Source: Lama guanicoe
Lineage: Eukaryota
Reading direction: 5' to 3'
Assembly (NCBI GenBank): GCA_013239625.1
Contig: MU054187.1
Coordinates: 1,057,587 to 1,121,586 of the forward strand
Length of the DNA stretch: 64,000 bases
Below, piece by piece: positions 12,501 through 25,830 of this stretch (its first letter is position 1; every line of letters begins with the position of its first letter). The translations under genes were made by a program, and so were the position numbers. The notes under the pieces were generated by a model, which saw nothing but the letters and a program-made list of their open reading frames with translations, searched no databases and was not told where the DNA came from.

Positions 12501-14849
12501 TAGTAAATCTTTCTTTAGAAATGGATAAAAGTATTACCAAATTTAGGGATGAAAGGGTTTTATGGTCATCTACCTCAAACCTTTGTCTGATGTTTGAACC
12601 TGTCTGCTACATGGTGACCATCCTGACCTAGGGCTGTGAGCCCCCAACGCTTGTCCTCACCATGACCCTGAAACCCTACACTGGAGCCTCCTCGCACCAA
12701 CTTGGAGCCCCCTCGGCCTCACTCTCTCATGTGGATTCATCCACAAATGGCCTGTGCATCCTTCCACCTGCAGGGCTTTCTGGGTCTGATTCTATTTATA
12801 GCTGCTTTGTCCAGATCAATATTTCAGTCTTACCAGGAAGAATTATTGCATATTTATTTAATGGGGCATTATCTCAGTTATAGGTTTACCAATCTCTATT
12901 AATTTTCTTCATTTCCAGCCTACTGCTTGATTCTTGGTTTTTTAAGTTCTATTTTTTCTTTTTTACTAAGTTCCTGAAGAAAATAGACACTAAATTTAAG
13001 ACTATCTAATCAGCAGATTTTGTTAGAGATCTGGCAGGAGACACTGGAATGACTGCATATTAATTCTAGTTACTTTCTGTGATTATTTATATATTCCAGT
13101 ACTTTATTTCCTTCCATTTCCTCTCTTAACATTTGGCTGTAATGATAAAGAAAAAAATAATTGGCTTAAATGTGGCAACTTTATGAGTGCCGCCTACAGT
13201 TTTAATATCTCCTTCTGTTCAGTGTTCTGATAGTGTGGATGGAGGCTGTGTTTCAGTTAAAAACTTTGCTCCTGACCTACAAGACCTCACTGCTGAGAAA
13301 ATCCCATGGGTAAGAAGGTGGGTGGGGAGGGTAGGTGCAACTCAGGGGACGTGGCTGCAGCTTGTGGGTGGGCTCCACCCAAAGGGCAGTGAAGACAGTG
13401 CCAGTCACACAGGTGACACCCTGTTATGACAGCAAGTGACACCCTGACTCCATGGAGACTGCGTAGCCAACACCGAGCAGGCGAGAGCGTCTTAGACTCA
13501 CTTGGGTTATTCGGTGGTTGTCTCCTGGCTGGCCCGTCGGCCGACCCTGAGCCTTGAGGCTGCACGCAGCCCTTCACCTGTGGGGCCTGGGCTCCAGCAG
13601 GACTGGAGGGGGCTCTGGGCTTCCACCAGAAAGTCTCAGTGCTTCTTGTCGTTGCTCAGAAGGGCTGCAAGATTTCCCTGCCTTCATCCAAGTATCCACC
13701 TGGGTGTGACCATTGTACCTGCTAAGTAACTCCTGGAGTAAAACTCAGTTTAATTACCAGGCCAGGTCCTTATCTAACACGGGCGTCGGCACCGGCAAGG
13801 CCGTCTCACGGGGGTTATTTTCAGATCTCTTTTACCCATATCTAATCTGAATGAGCGTATCATCACTCGTCTAATCTTTCCTCATAATTTCTTCAATTAG
13901 TTACTTACTTTTTGTCTTTTGAGTACATTCCTTGTTACTCTTATTAACTCTTGTTATTGGATTCCCCTGAATGCTTTAATAGCTGTGAATTCTCTAGTTT
14001 CTATGCTTTTGTTTTATGACAAATAGGTCATATTTATGTCATATCTTTTCTGGTAATACGGGTGGCATATACTTAAATCCTAGACCCATAAGTCATGATT
14101 CAGAAGACATCAATGTTGCTTTTTGTTAACTGAAAGGTAAGCAGCAGGGATGGAGGTGGCTTTGCCTTCCTTGGCATCTTGCAAAGCAAAGCCATCTCCG
14201 CGCCAATGGACAGAGCCACAGAGTACGTGAGGACCGGATGTCTGTGTGCCCCTGAGGAAGACACCCTGGGGGCAGCTCATGCTGAGTTTCTGAAATGAGA
14301 CTAAGATGAGTCATTCTGAGTCAAAGACCTGTAAATAGATAAGTGGAAAGGAAGGCTCAGAGCAGGAGGTGTGCAGGCAGGATGCTGCACTTACCTGGAC
14401 TGGGAGCTCACCTGCCTTTCAGTTCAGGTGGAATAGACCTTTGCACTCAGCATGAAAGCCCATCACGTTCAGCTCCACGTATTTGGTTTTGTTAGAATGT
14501 AGAGTATTTGTCACGTATCATTAGAAATAAGGGGGGGCACACCTTGTTTTCACTATGAGACTTATCAGAACACTTTTCTGTCCCATTGTTGGACACTCAT
14601 TGTCTTACTGGGCACCTATGATTAGTCTAGGTAATCACACTAGAGGTCTAAGTTTGTTAATGGTCACTGGGAATCCACTTACTTACAAAATTTTAAATTT
14701 ATCCAAGAAGAGGAACTTATGACTAAGTTAATCCAGGGATTAATAAGTATTTATAAGGAAGCAATCAGGCAAATTTAGACTATGAGCAATGCTGCTTCCT
14801 GGGCTAATAAACAGCATGGGAGAGAAAGCAGAGACAGTTACAGATGAAA

Positions 14850-15290
14850 TAAACTCAAGAGAAAAAGCAAATGAATGCAAATATGGACCTTGTTTAGCCA
14901 CTGATTTAAACAAAACAATGACCAAAAACAAGACTTTTAGGGAAAACTTCAAAATGAATTGAGTATTAGATGGTATTTAGCAGTTGTTACCAGTGTTATT
15001 AGGGGTTTTCATGATATTTTTGTTGTTTAAAATTTCCTTTTCTGTTAAACATGTTGACAGTTGAAAGAAAATGGTATTAAAGAATTGCTTTGCTTAAAAT
15101 TCAGCAAAAAAATAAAGGGGTGGAGGATGATAGAACAGTGTTGATGCCTTTGGACTTGGATGGTGGGTATTGGCTGGGTCATTCCATTATTCTAATTGTA
15201 TGTAGCTTTTTAAAATTTATTCATTTTATTATATATGCTTTATTTTGAAAAGTTATTATAAAATTATATTATTATAAAATTTTCATAGTA
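14850..15290 (+). mobile_element. Old L1 (L1ME/L1MC-type) 3' end
   Basis: gagtattagatggtatt and ggatggtgggtat...cattattcta...tgtatgt 3'-UTR motifs. Confidence 0.55.
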
Positions 15291-16294
15291 AAACATATAT
15301 AAGAAATTAACAAAAAACATTGCTAAAGGATTTAAACGTTATATTATAAGATTAATGTTAAGCTGTGACCTTCAAAACTCAAGGTTTCTGGTGAGGGTAA
15401 ATAAATCAGAAAGTCATTGCGAAGCTCAGAGATAAGAGGCAGAAGTGAGAACCGTAGTCATTGTGAAAAATAGACATTGGTTTGGGTTTAAAAGGGACGA
15501 GCTCAGTAGAAGGTTTAAGGTCAAGGTGTGTTTTTTCCCTTTCAAACCATCATTATTGTATTAATGCAATTTAAAACATTAATACTCCTTTTATAAGTTA
15601 CAACTTCTTTTATTCCAGCAGCAGGGAAGTTAAGGGACTACGTACAGAGCCACATTTTTGTTCCAAATGAAAAGCAGTAGCCCCTCACTCTGACTCATGC
15701 CTGCCTGCTACAGAATTCATTCCTGGATTTAGTACTTGAAAAGCTTTCTTTGCTAAACAATGGGAGCTGATTTTCCCTTCTAATGAGTTTGGCCAAGTAC
15801 AAAGACAAAAATATCAGTCACCATTCTCTCCTGCAAGAGGGGCTTCTGCCCCCAGCAGAGGTGGCTGTCAGCTTCAGAGCCGCATGGGACCCTGCCTCAT
15901 CGCTGTCATACTTCTGAATATCTCTGCATTGTCTTGTATTTTCAGTCTTTTCTCTTCTTCTAGTTCTTTGTCATTAGCATCTGTACATGAGATAATATCT
16001 CTAATCCTCAATTTTCTTTGTCCTTGGTACATAACAATGAAGTATAATATTACACTGACCTCTCTCTGGGATCCATTCCCATTTCTCCAAGCTCAGGTGG
16101 CCCCTCCAGCACCCATCTCCCCCTGGTTCTCTCTCCCCTGGGTGACTGTGAATGTGTCACCAGTCTTACTCCTTCCCAACTACGCTTCACGTGGCTTGTT
16201 GAAAGAACTTTCAAAAATAAATGAAGGCCACAACTCTATTGACTTATAAACCTTCAGTTATGCCCGTTTTCCACTTGTTAAAGTTCAAACGCTC

Positions 16295-16671
16295 ATGATG
16301 GTTCATGTGTCCTCTGAAAATTCAAGCTCTACGCCTAATACCTCAGAGGTGACCGTTTAGAGATAGGGGCTTTTTAGAGGTAATTAACTCAAAATGAGGT
16401 CATCAGGAGGGGCCCTAATCCAATATGTGTGTTGTCTCTGTAAGAAGAAGAACTGGGACAGACACACACACCGCTGTGGACAGAGGGCAGTAGGAGGGCA
16501 CAGCGAGAAGAAGGTCATCTGAAGGGCAGAGCAAGATCTTAGAAGAAACCCACCTTGCTGATGCCTTGATCGTGGACTTCCAGCCCCCAGAACTGTGAGA
16601 AATAAACATCTGTTGTTTGTGTCCCCCAGTCTGTGGCTCATTGTTATGGCAAGACCCTGGTAAGCTAATAC
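16295..16671 (+). mobile_element. MLT1B/C-like MaLR solo LTR within degenerate L2 sequence
   Basis: aaaatgaggtcatcaggagggggccctaatccaatatg...gacttccagcccccagaactgtgagaaataaacatctgttgttt...gctaatac. Confidence 0.9.
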
Positions 16672-19104
16672 TTAGGATTTCCCCTGTTTTGACCAGTCGC
16701 CCTTCCCGGACCTCCTCTTGCTGGTGTCTCTTGTGCCCTCCACGCTGCAGCTGGGCCTGAGCGCCCCTCAGGCTCCATGTTCTTCCTCGTCCTTGCCCTT
16801 CGCCCAGGCCCTTGGCGCTCATCCCTCCTCTACCATCACTGTGTCCATCCTCCAGCCTTCTGCTTAAATCCCACTTCATTAGGAAAGTCGTCCCTGTTTC
16901 TAGACAAGTTTAGATCTTTCTGGTTTTTGTTACTACAGCATGATAAATACCTTCTATCGCCGTGTCGATCGTATGTTTTTTGGTCATTTAATTAATAGAA
17001 GTTTTCCCTGGACTAGATTGAAAGCTCAGTGATGTCATTCCTAGATAGTTCAGGATTTCAATACTGAGATTAATGTTGGAAGACTGTATGTAAGAGATTT
17101 ATGTTTATCAAAATTACAAGAAGCTATTTGAAGCTTTCTTGGAAAAAAAATTCCAAAACTTAGTAAGTGCTTGAACTAAACAGATGCATTTTATATTTTT
17201 AAAGAAAGCAATAAAAATTCTAGAACTTCATAATAGTTCTTCTCTGAAAGAGGCTCCTCTGGCATCAGTCCCTAACTCCTTGTGATAAAATATAATTTCC
17301 CTGATATGTGACATTTTATCCCTTATCTGAAGACCCATGTAATTTCAACTAATAACTAGGCTTTAGAGAATAAAGAATCATATTAAAGCTTCATTATTTA
17401 TGGAACTGATGAAAATAATTTAATTTCTTACTCATTTTTGTGAGGGTCATGCATATTCTAAAAGAACCAAACGTGAATACAGCAGAATTAAGAAATTGGA
17501 AACTTGCATTACCTCTGCTGTTAGGAATGTGTCTGTTTTCATTTCAAACCCCAATTATAGTATTTTAGAGATAAACTAAAACAAGTGTTTTATAGAAATG
17601 AATTAGATAATATATGCTTATTTTAAAAACCAAAGATTATTGGCTTTATTTTCATTCATTTTCCTTTCTTTCTTCTCTTCCATTCTATTATTTTCCTCCC
17701 TCCTACCCTAAAAGAATGAAGATAGCACAATTTTTTTGCACTTTTTCAAATGTTAATATGCAAAATAATCATTCAGAAAGAGCTTGTTAAAACCTACATT
17801 TTGCATTATCAGCAGATGCTATATTAGCAAGTATGGAGTGAAGCCAGGAGTCTTAATTTTTATAAGCATTGAGAATGATCTTGACAGATAGTGTCCACTT
17901 ACAGAGACTCCAGAGGCTTCTGAAATTATATCTTGTGTAGCAGGAAGTTAAACTAGAATTTTTGATTAAGGCATAAATGTGTAATATAAATGACATACCA
18001 ACATTGCCAAGATAAAAATTTTAAGAAGAAATAACTGAAAACTATTCCTGGTACCTTACTCACATTGATCTTGTAAAAGATCAATAAAATAATTTGTGCA
18101 GGGGATGTCTTTGGGCAGAGCTACTGAAGTGAACTGTGGGTTCCTTTGCCCTCAGGCTAGTGTGAGTGGTCTCAACAGAATGACTTCTAAGTTGACCACG
18201 TGCCCTGGCAACTAAAGGAATATAGTGGACAGGTGTCTGTCTCATGCCCAGATAGTCTAGAAGATGGGACAGTGGTGGTTCCTCTTCCAGCGGCATATTT
18301 AAGGTGGTTTGGGAGCAACTTGTAATCCCAGTTTGTCAGGGAGTACTTCTCATAGACTGATAAGACTACAACCTGGGGACACTGCACACACCCCAAAAAC
18401 AGCAACATGGTTTGAGGGGCAAGCTGGCATCCTGAGAGAGGTGCACTGCCCATTTCCTAGTAAGTCTAGACAGGTGCTGCCAGTGAGGGTCTTTGAAGAA
18501 CCACCAGGGAATTAATGAGCATTTAACATCTCCGGGTCTAGAGAAAGATGAATCATCTTATGATAACACCAGTCACAAAAGAACTCTTCTGTCATTCTAA
18601 TATCTGCCTCCATACTGCTACCCACTGGGAAAAGATTTTAAAAAATCATAATTTACAATCTAAGGGCAGGTGAAAGAAGAGAAGGACCTTCTCTCCTTCT
18701 GTCCTGCAGAGGTCAGTTCACAATTAGGAGAAAAATAATATGCACATTTAAATCAAGTTCATTGCTTGGGACATAACGTGGAGTCAGACGTATCTAATCA
18801 TGAAGTTGAGTATGCATTATGTTAAGTAGATTAACTGAGATGATGTTTACAAAGCACTTGCAATGGTGTCTAAAGTATAGGAGACACTATATTGATTAAT
18901 ATACAGATATGATACATATATGGAATGATAGTCTGGGAGCAAGTTTGTGTGCTGTAATGATCAAATTATCGAAGTATCTTGCCTCACAAAATGACTGTCA
19001 TATAGTAGGATAAATACTGGGTAATTGCCAAGCTTCTGAGCTTCCATCAGGTGCTAAGTCCTGTAGGCATGTGGCTCTGTTAGGACAAGAGTGCTGAAGG
19101 GAGG

Positions 19105-19630
19105 TAGTGCTGCACAGTGGAAGGGTCCCACAGGCAGTCAGGGTATTTGGGCTCTGATTCTAGCTCTGCTGGAAACAGTTTTCAGGACCTTGGACAGGTG
19201 ACCAAAGCTTGAAAACTTCCTTTTTGTGTAAAGAAGAATTCAGCTGCATCAGAGGTTAGCAAACTTTTCTGGGATGCACTAGAGAGTAACGAGGGTAGAG
19301 GTTTTGAGGGACTGTGTGGTGTCTGTTGCAATGGCCCAGCCCTGTCATTTTAGAAAGGAAGCAGCTATAGACAATACGTCAAGTGACCCTGTACCTGTGA
19401 TCCAAGGAAACTGTTTATCGACTCTGAAATATGAATTTTATGTAACTTTCACTTTTCATAAAATATTATTCTATTTTAAACCTAAAAAAATCTTTCAAGT
19501 ATAAAAATCTTTCTTAGCTCACGGACCATAGAAAATAGGTGGCAGACTAGATTTGGTGCTGGGGCTGGATTTTTCAGAACCGTAAATTAGAGTATTTCCA
19601 AGGGCCTCCTATCCTCAAATCCTCGATTCT
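19105..19630 (+). mobile_element. MIR/MIR3 SINE split by a MER58 insertion
   Basis: MIR head and core at ~19105-19235; MIR3-like tail (ttccaagggcctcctatcctcaaatcctcgattct) at ~19590-19630. Confidence 0.5.
19250..19582 (+). mobile_element. MER58B-like hAT-Charlie DNA transposon
   Basis: Starts cagaggttagcaaacttttct; contains gcagctatagacaatacg, the AT-rich MER58B interior and aggtggcagactagatttgg. Confidence 0.8.
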
Positions 19631-20824
19631 GTTAGTATGACTGCTGTTCTCTTTGATCTGCTTTCTTGTTCCTCTGCCCACATCCCTATTTCTGCCTCTC
19701 TACCTGGTATTCTTCCCAAAAATTACCTACAGCTGCAGGTTCATGAGTTTTGAAGGGCAATTGCAAACAAAGATATTACATCCTTTCTCTGGTATTTAAC
19801 TTCTATTTATCAAATGGAATTTACCTGATTTAAAAATGTTCTTCTGAAATTTATAACCATATAGGCCAACATAGTTCTAAAGTGAATATAAATACTACCA
19901 AGACTTGAACCAAGAATAATCATTCATTAAACTGAATTCAGTTACGTAAATCAAAAAGTAAAATCCTATTCCCACACAGAAAGTAAAGATAAGTAATTGC
20001 AGCATTTCCATGATATTTGCAGATGTGTGTTATTTAAACAAATAAGTAATAGTTCAATTTTGCATTTTTCCACTTTTCCACATACCGAGTACTTTCAGTG
20101 TGTTACAGTTTATCCTGCTTCTACTTTTACCTAGTGGAAGTTGCTGCTGCTTCATTGTCAAATTATTAGCTTATTGTAATGATTTGAAGATTACTCTTCC
20201 ATGTTAATTTTGTTCTAGTTAGACTTTACTGTTACCCCCAAATTTAAAGTGTCATTATGTTATGAGGATAAGTGACTTTTCTTGAATGTCCTAAATTCCA
20301 GGTTTTTACTTACATTTTAGTTTTGAGGAATGTTAGATGTTGCTAAAATATATGATAAAAGGCTAAAAATGACATAATTTTTAGTTCAGGGTAAAGCCTA
20401 AATACTATCATTTATCTGTATGCAGCACCACTTTAAAATTATGAGTTTCAAAATTAAAAAAATTGATTTTATGTACAATGTGAGGGATAAAGGCTGGACC
20501 TTAGGAAAGATTCAAAATTAAAAGATACTAGGTAATCATAAAAAGCTGTTGTAGTCACATGATCAGAAGAGTTAGTATGTTTCTTGTGGCAAACTTATGG
20601 GAGAAGTAATTCCTTTAATGTTGGCGTTCACGGGTGAGGACACTACAGATACATTCTTTTACTTACCAGAGAGAATAATTTCCCTAAACAAACAGCTAAG
20701 AAGCTTCACGCACATTCTTTAACTTCTCTGAATTTTAGATTATCTTTCTCAAGACTGACAGGTTAAAAAAGATCCAAAAGTATTGGGATTGAGAAAAATT
20801 TGAAGCCTTGAAGATAATTATATC

Positions 20825-20874
<50 letters not shown>
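20825..20874. repeat. (GA)n microsatellite, about 25 units with one interruption
   Basis: Direct read of the sequence. Confidence 0.97.
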
Positions 20875-20877
<3 letters not shown>

Positions 20878-21904
20878 TGAAATGTCCAGGACTCAGACTT
20901 TAACAGCTGCAGGTGTGACATGAGAACCCTGACTTCCTGCCCTCTGGTCGACCCCTGCTGGCCACATAGGGAAATTCAGGACAGGAGAGACCACGATACT
21001 TGCGTGCGGCTTTGCCTGCACCTGCTTTATCTCTAAGCGTGTTCATCTGTTTTAGTGTACTTTGTTTACTTTCTTTTCTCCTTTCAAAATAGTCACTAAT
21101 TTAAATACTTAGATTTTTAAGTTTATTCTATTTATTTCCAGTACTATGTCTTAAAGTCCAAAATGTTGACTCCTAACTTAGAAAAAAAAATGAAAATGAT
21201 GAAATACTAGCTTTTTCAGGTAATTAATTAGTTCTGTTTTTGTAACATTTGTCTTATATTCTTCAACATTAATTAGGTAAATACCAGCAACATAATAAAC
21301 CTGGTATTTGTGTATGTTTGCCCTTAATATTTTCTTTCTGACTTAGAACTAGTTTAGCATTGTTATAAATGACAGTTGCCAACTAGGCTTTCCTCCAACA
21401 GCACTGGCCTGTGTTTCTCTTCTTTACATTGTGCTGTTGGTATCTGATTCTCACAGTGTCAGTTACACTTCTTGAAGATACGAACTCTGTCACATGAATT
21501 GACAATGCTTCAGTATTTGTTAAGTGAATAAATGCACAAATGTTTCTCCTGAATGGGTGTGCATGTGTGTGTGTATGTGTGTTTAGTGTGTGGTGTGTAG
21601 ATTTAATTTGTGTTCTTAATGTTTTAAGTTTCCTTGCACCTTGCTACTTTCTATCTGGAATCTATCTATTATTTGTTATGTACCTTATTGCTTCTATGGA
21701 AAATACAGTTTTCCTGAGTGTGAGAACTGTTTTCTGATTCATCTTCTTATTTTCCAAGTTTGTCAAAGTCTCAAGAATTCCTAATCCTAATCCTATTTTT
21801 TAAAATGTAAACTTGCTATGTAATTATAAACTTGGAAGATACACAGAACTATAATTTGTTCTCCAGAAGACATTTCTGGGATGCAAGTATTTTCCAAAGA
21901 GTAA

Positions 21905-22165
21905 TCAATGTTAAGTAAATGTTTATTGCATATATGTTTATTTCATTGTGTGTTGCACAATGAACAAATAAAGAGAAAACAAATTTCTGTTCTCAACGAA
22001 TTTACAGTTTAGAGGGAGACGATAGATAACCCACACAGGAACATCTGTAACACAAAATGATTTAGGCCCAGTAAAAGAACTATTTATGTGACATAGTGAG
22101 GCACAGAATATGGAGTGGTCAGTTTTATCTGCAGATTTCAGGGAAGTTTTCTCAGAGATGTTACA
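21905..22165 (-). mobile_element. L2 fragment
   Basis: aaatgtttattg...ttctgttctcaacgaatttacagtttagagggagac...tcagggaagttttctcagagatg is the antisense L2 3' pattern. Confidence 0.55.
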
Positions 22166-22469
22166 CAGTTCCTCAGATGGGTCATTTTTGCATGTGTTTA
22201 ATCTGTGCAAGTAGTTAAATGTAGTTGTATGAGAGAGAAAATTGCTATATGTATCTATAAGTAATATATAAAAATAGATATAGAATAACTATGTAATTAA
22301 TGTAAAACATAAACAAAATAATATATTGTTTGATCTATAGGCTGTTAAATACTAAATATGTAAAATAAAGTATAATATAAATACCTAGATCTAACAGCAA
22401 ATACAGTCACAACTGCACACGAGCAGAATCCATCACCCAGCTCTGCGCACCTGACTTCTAAAGAGGCCG

Positions 22470-23091
22470 CGTGTCTCAGATTCTCCCCTAACCCACTGCC
22501 CCCACCCTCGCCCCAGCCACCACCTTCTTATTGCTGGGTTGCTGAACAAACTTGTTAAGCTGGTTCTCACTTTGTCCCCCTAGAATCATCTCCCACACTG
22601 TTGCCAGAATGTGCATTCTCATTAAGCCTTGCTCAGTGTCTTCTACTTCTCAGGGCAGCGTCCAGCCTGCCCTGCCCGCCCTCCCCCCTCCTATGCGTTA
22701 ACTTCTCTCACTCCTCATGCCTGAACCTCCACAAGGGGCAGATCTTCTCAAAGCCCTCGAGTGGGCTGCGGTCCTCTGTCATCCCGAGCATGCCTGTGAC
22801 TCAGACTCTCTCCCCCATATTGGGGCCCTCCTTCCTTGCCCCAGCTGGCTGACTCCTGCCAACCAGTCGGGAGCTGTGGGGCAGCTCTGCCTCTGGGACT
22901 CATCCCCTGACCTTCCTCAGCCGGGTCCCTGTCCTTGCTCACCCCCTTAGAGCTTTACTGTGCTGACATGTTCCAGGCCCCCATCCACTGTACATGTCGT
23001 GTGTGGGCGAGCGGGACTCACTCCTGTTTCATCATAGCTTGCTTTGAAAATATCTCACACTTAGTAGATATGTTTGAATAAATGAATCGAA
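22470..23091 (+). mobile_element. L2 3' region
   Basis: C/T-rich L2 body (ctcccacactgttgccagaatg) ending cacttagtagatatgtttgaataaatgaatcgaatg. Confidence 0.6.
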
Positions 23092-24672
23092 TGCCAGCTG
23101 AAAGACACCTTTTGGGCCTTCAATACACTTTGGAAAACCTGTTAATGCTCTTGTTTCTCTGTTCCTCCCTGTCTTACAGTGAAGAGTGCGCATCAGGAGG
23201 CTCTAGAACGCTGGATAGGGGGACTGGGAGGAAAACAGGTGTCGCCCCTGTGCGGGCAGGTTTACTGACACCCCGAGCCCCCCCCCGCCAGGCATGGGCA
23301 CACCTCACAGGACGGAGAGGAGGAGGAAGCTGCCCATCGGGCAGTTTAGGAGCCCGTCCTCCCCTCCCCCACCTCTGCTCAAGGCGCCTCTCCCCTCAGG
23401 CAGGCTGGGGCGTGTCACGATGCACAGTCCAGCCCTTTTCTGTCATGTAGGAAAACCGGCGCTAATTCTAAACAAGAAGCAGAGAGACAAGAACCTCAGT
23501 CTATTCTGTAACTTTCTAAAATATGTTTTAATAGATTTGACTGTCCCTGATTTCCTTAGAAAATATATTTTACCATTTTTATTGGAAATGATGTATAATG
23601 CACCCTGCCAGGCAGTTCCTTCTGTTTTCAAGGGCTTTAGGGGGAGGAGTAAATGAGTCACCGCTTTCCTTCACATGCATTTTGGGTTGTCAAATTGTCT
23701 TTGAAAGTAGCCTCAGGTTGCTTGACTTCACAGTAGGTAAGGTGTGGATCTCTGTCGGCCTCCTGACTTTTTCGGTCCCGGCTGCTCCCACTTTAATCTA
23801 AGGGTTCTCTGTCCTTAGGAGTGAATAAGGGCCTCGTTAGAGCAGGTGAGTGAAAGGCCGTGTGCCAGCTCTGCTCTGCGCGTGAGGTGCTGAGCTCCGC
23901 CCTCAAGGACGAAGCTGAGAAGTCAGGCCCAGGCCTGGCCTTAGGCGCTTTTGTCTGAAAGAGAACCAGCCCTTTCGTTGAGGCTCCTCTGTTTCCTCCT
24001 CCCGTCACTATGGAAACTTACCTCTTACAGGTTTTCAAACTTTCGGGCCACCCATGCGACCTGGCAGAGAAGCCGTGGAGAAGAGCTGTCAGAGGTGGGA
24101 ACTGTCTTTCAAAATAAAAAGGCTAGTGCTTAAATTTGCAGGCCCTGCAGCCTCGCAGCTTGGGTTCAGATCTGTTTGCAGACCATGTAAGGCGGGCTCC
24201 CAGTGCAAGCAGTCAAAGGGGTGGTCATTACAGGCCCTTCTTCCTGGGTTTTGCACGGCTTCCTATAGGAAAAGTCCTGAGGACACTGTCGGCACAGGGT
24301 CTCAGTCAGTGCTAGCGATTGTTACCAAGTTTCACCTTCCAGCATCACGTTGGAAGGAACCACTGAGTGAGTGGCTCCTGGAGGCAATGGGGGTGACAGA
24401 AACCGTCATGCAGTGGGCCACACGTGTCAGCGTCAAGGACAGACACGTTTTATTGCAGGTAAACCATCAAGCAGACAAACTCTCCCCGAGCCTGTAGTGC
24501 AGTTTGAGCTGTAACCTAATTAGTACCCTGTTATCTCAAACGTGTTATTGTCACAGGACATGGGGCAGAAAGATGTATTTCATCACGCACTTCTGTCGTG
24601 ATTCAGCAAAACAAAAATTAGAGAAAAAGTTTAGAATTGTGGTTGTTACTAAGAAATTGATTACTTGGATAG

Positions 24673-24765
24673 CTTTTCCTCCCCCTTCCCTCTTTCCTTC
24701 TCTTCTCTCCTCTTCTCTCCTCCCTCCCTTCCTTCCTCCTTCTTTTCTTTCTTTCCTTTCTTTTT
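24673..24765. repeat. 93-nt uninterrupted polypyrimidine (CT/CCTT) low-complexity tract
   Basis: Direct read of the sequence. Confidence 0.9.
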
Positions 24766-25083
24766 GAGGGAGGAAATGTTTTACTCAGATGTGGTGCTCT
24801 CCTAGCCAGGAATAGGTTACTTTGACAGGTGCATTCATCTTTTGTCGCATGGTCAGAGGACCATGCTGAGTCTCAGGGTAGCTGTCAAAAACAAGTTCAG
24901 CTCATACATGGAAATGCGTGGCTGTGGCAGTGGCAGTGAAGCGCGTGACAGTGAAACAGGCTTAGGGGATGACGTCTTGTTGAGATGTATGTCTTGGCTA
25001 AGCCTGTACGTGTTTTTACCTCTTTTTCCCCCTTTTGAATTCTGAGTTCTTTTTTAAATCTTTCTAACTTCACATGAAATGCT

Positions 25084-25250
25084 ACAGTGCAGCAGAAAGT
25101 GTGTGGGCACTAAAATTAGAGCTAAGATCAAGAAAGGTCTGGTACATATCCGGGCAAATTATATAACCTCCTCACGTGTCAGTGTCTGCGTCTGTAAGGT
25201 GCAGAGGATGTCTCCCTGCAAGATGCTTGGGGATTAAGCACATAAAGCAG
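25084..25250 (+). mobile_element. MIR SINE
   Basis: Core gggcaaattatataacctc...tcagtgtctgcgtctgtaaggtg. Confidence 0.6.
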
Positions 25251-25489
25251 GCTGATGTCTCACCATCATGCACACGAGGCAGGGGTGAGCATGAAGTCCC
25301 TCCTCCTGTCTTGAGACTGTGAGCACGTGTGAGCTGAGGTGTACCCCGCCCCCCTGTGTTTGTGGCTCAGCAGCTCCTGGCGAAGTCCTTTCATGGCGTG
25401 GGTGGCCCAGGAATGCCACCTCTCAGGGCTGTGGCTCCGGTTTCATGATCACTTCTATGCAGAGAATACTAGGCACAGAAATGTCCCAC

Positions 25490-25830
25490 TGATGTGGGTT
25501 TGTCTCCTTTTTCTTTCAGGTCTGTCAGTTTTGCTTTGTGCATTTTGTGGTTCCGTTGCTTGATGCATACGCATTTAAGATTGTGACGTCTTACTGCTAG
25601 GTTGACCCTTTTATCATCATGTTATGTCCCCTTCTGTCTCTAGAAAGTTTCTTTGTTTCGAAATTTATTTTATCTAATAGCGGTTTTGCTTTATTGCTGT
25701 TTGCATGTTGTGTCTTTTCCCCTTCTTTTACTTTCGACCTACTTGTGTCTTTTAATTTGAAGGGAGTCCCTTATAGTCAGCGAACTTCGATTTATCTTAA
25801 CTGGGATTTGTATTTTCTTATTCAGTATTA
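25490..25830 (-). mobile_element. Old L1 ORF2 endonuclease fragment
   Basis: ttgacccttttatcatcatgttatgtcccc and ctgtttgcatgttgtgtcttttcc are antisense L1 EN motifs (GH.IMIKGS; KIYHAN). Confidence 0.8.

Noticed and set aside
20667..20755. Minus-strand acceptor/donor pair
   Set aside because: Stops in all three frames and no other support.
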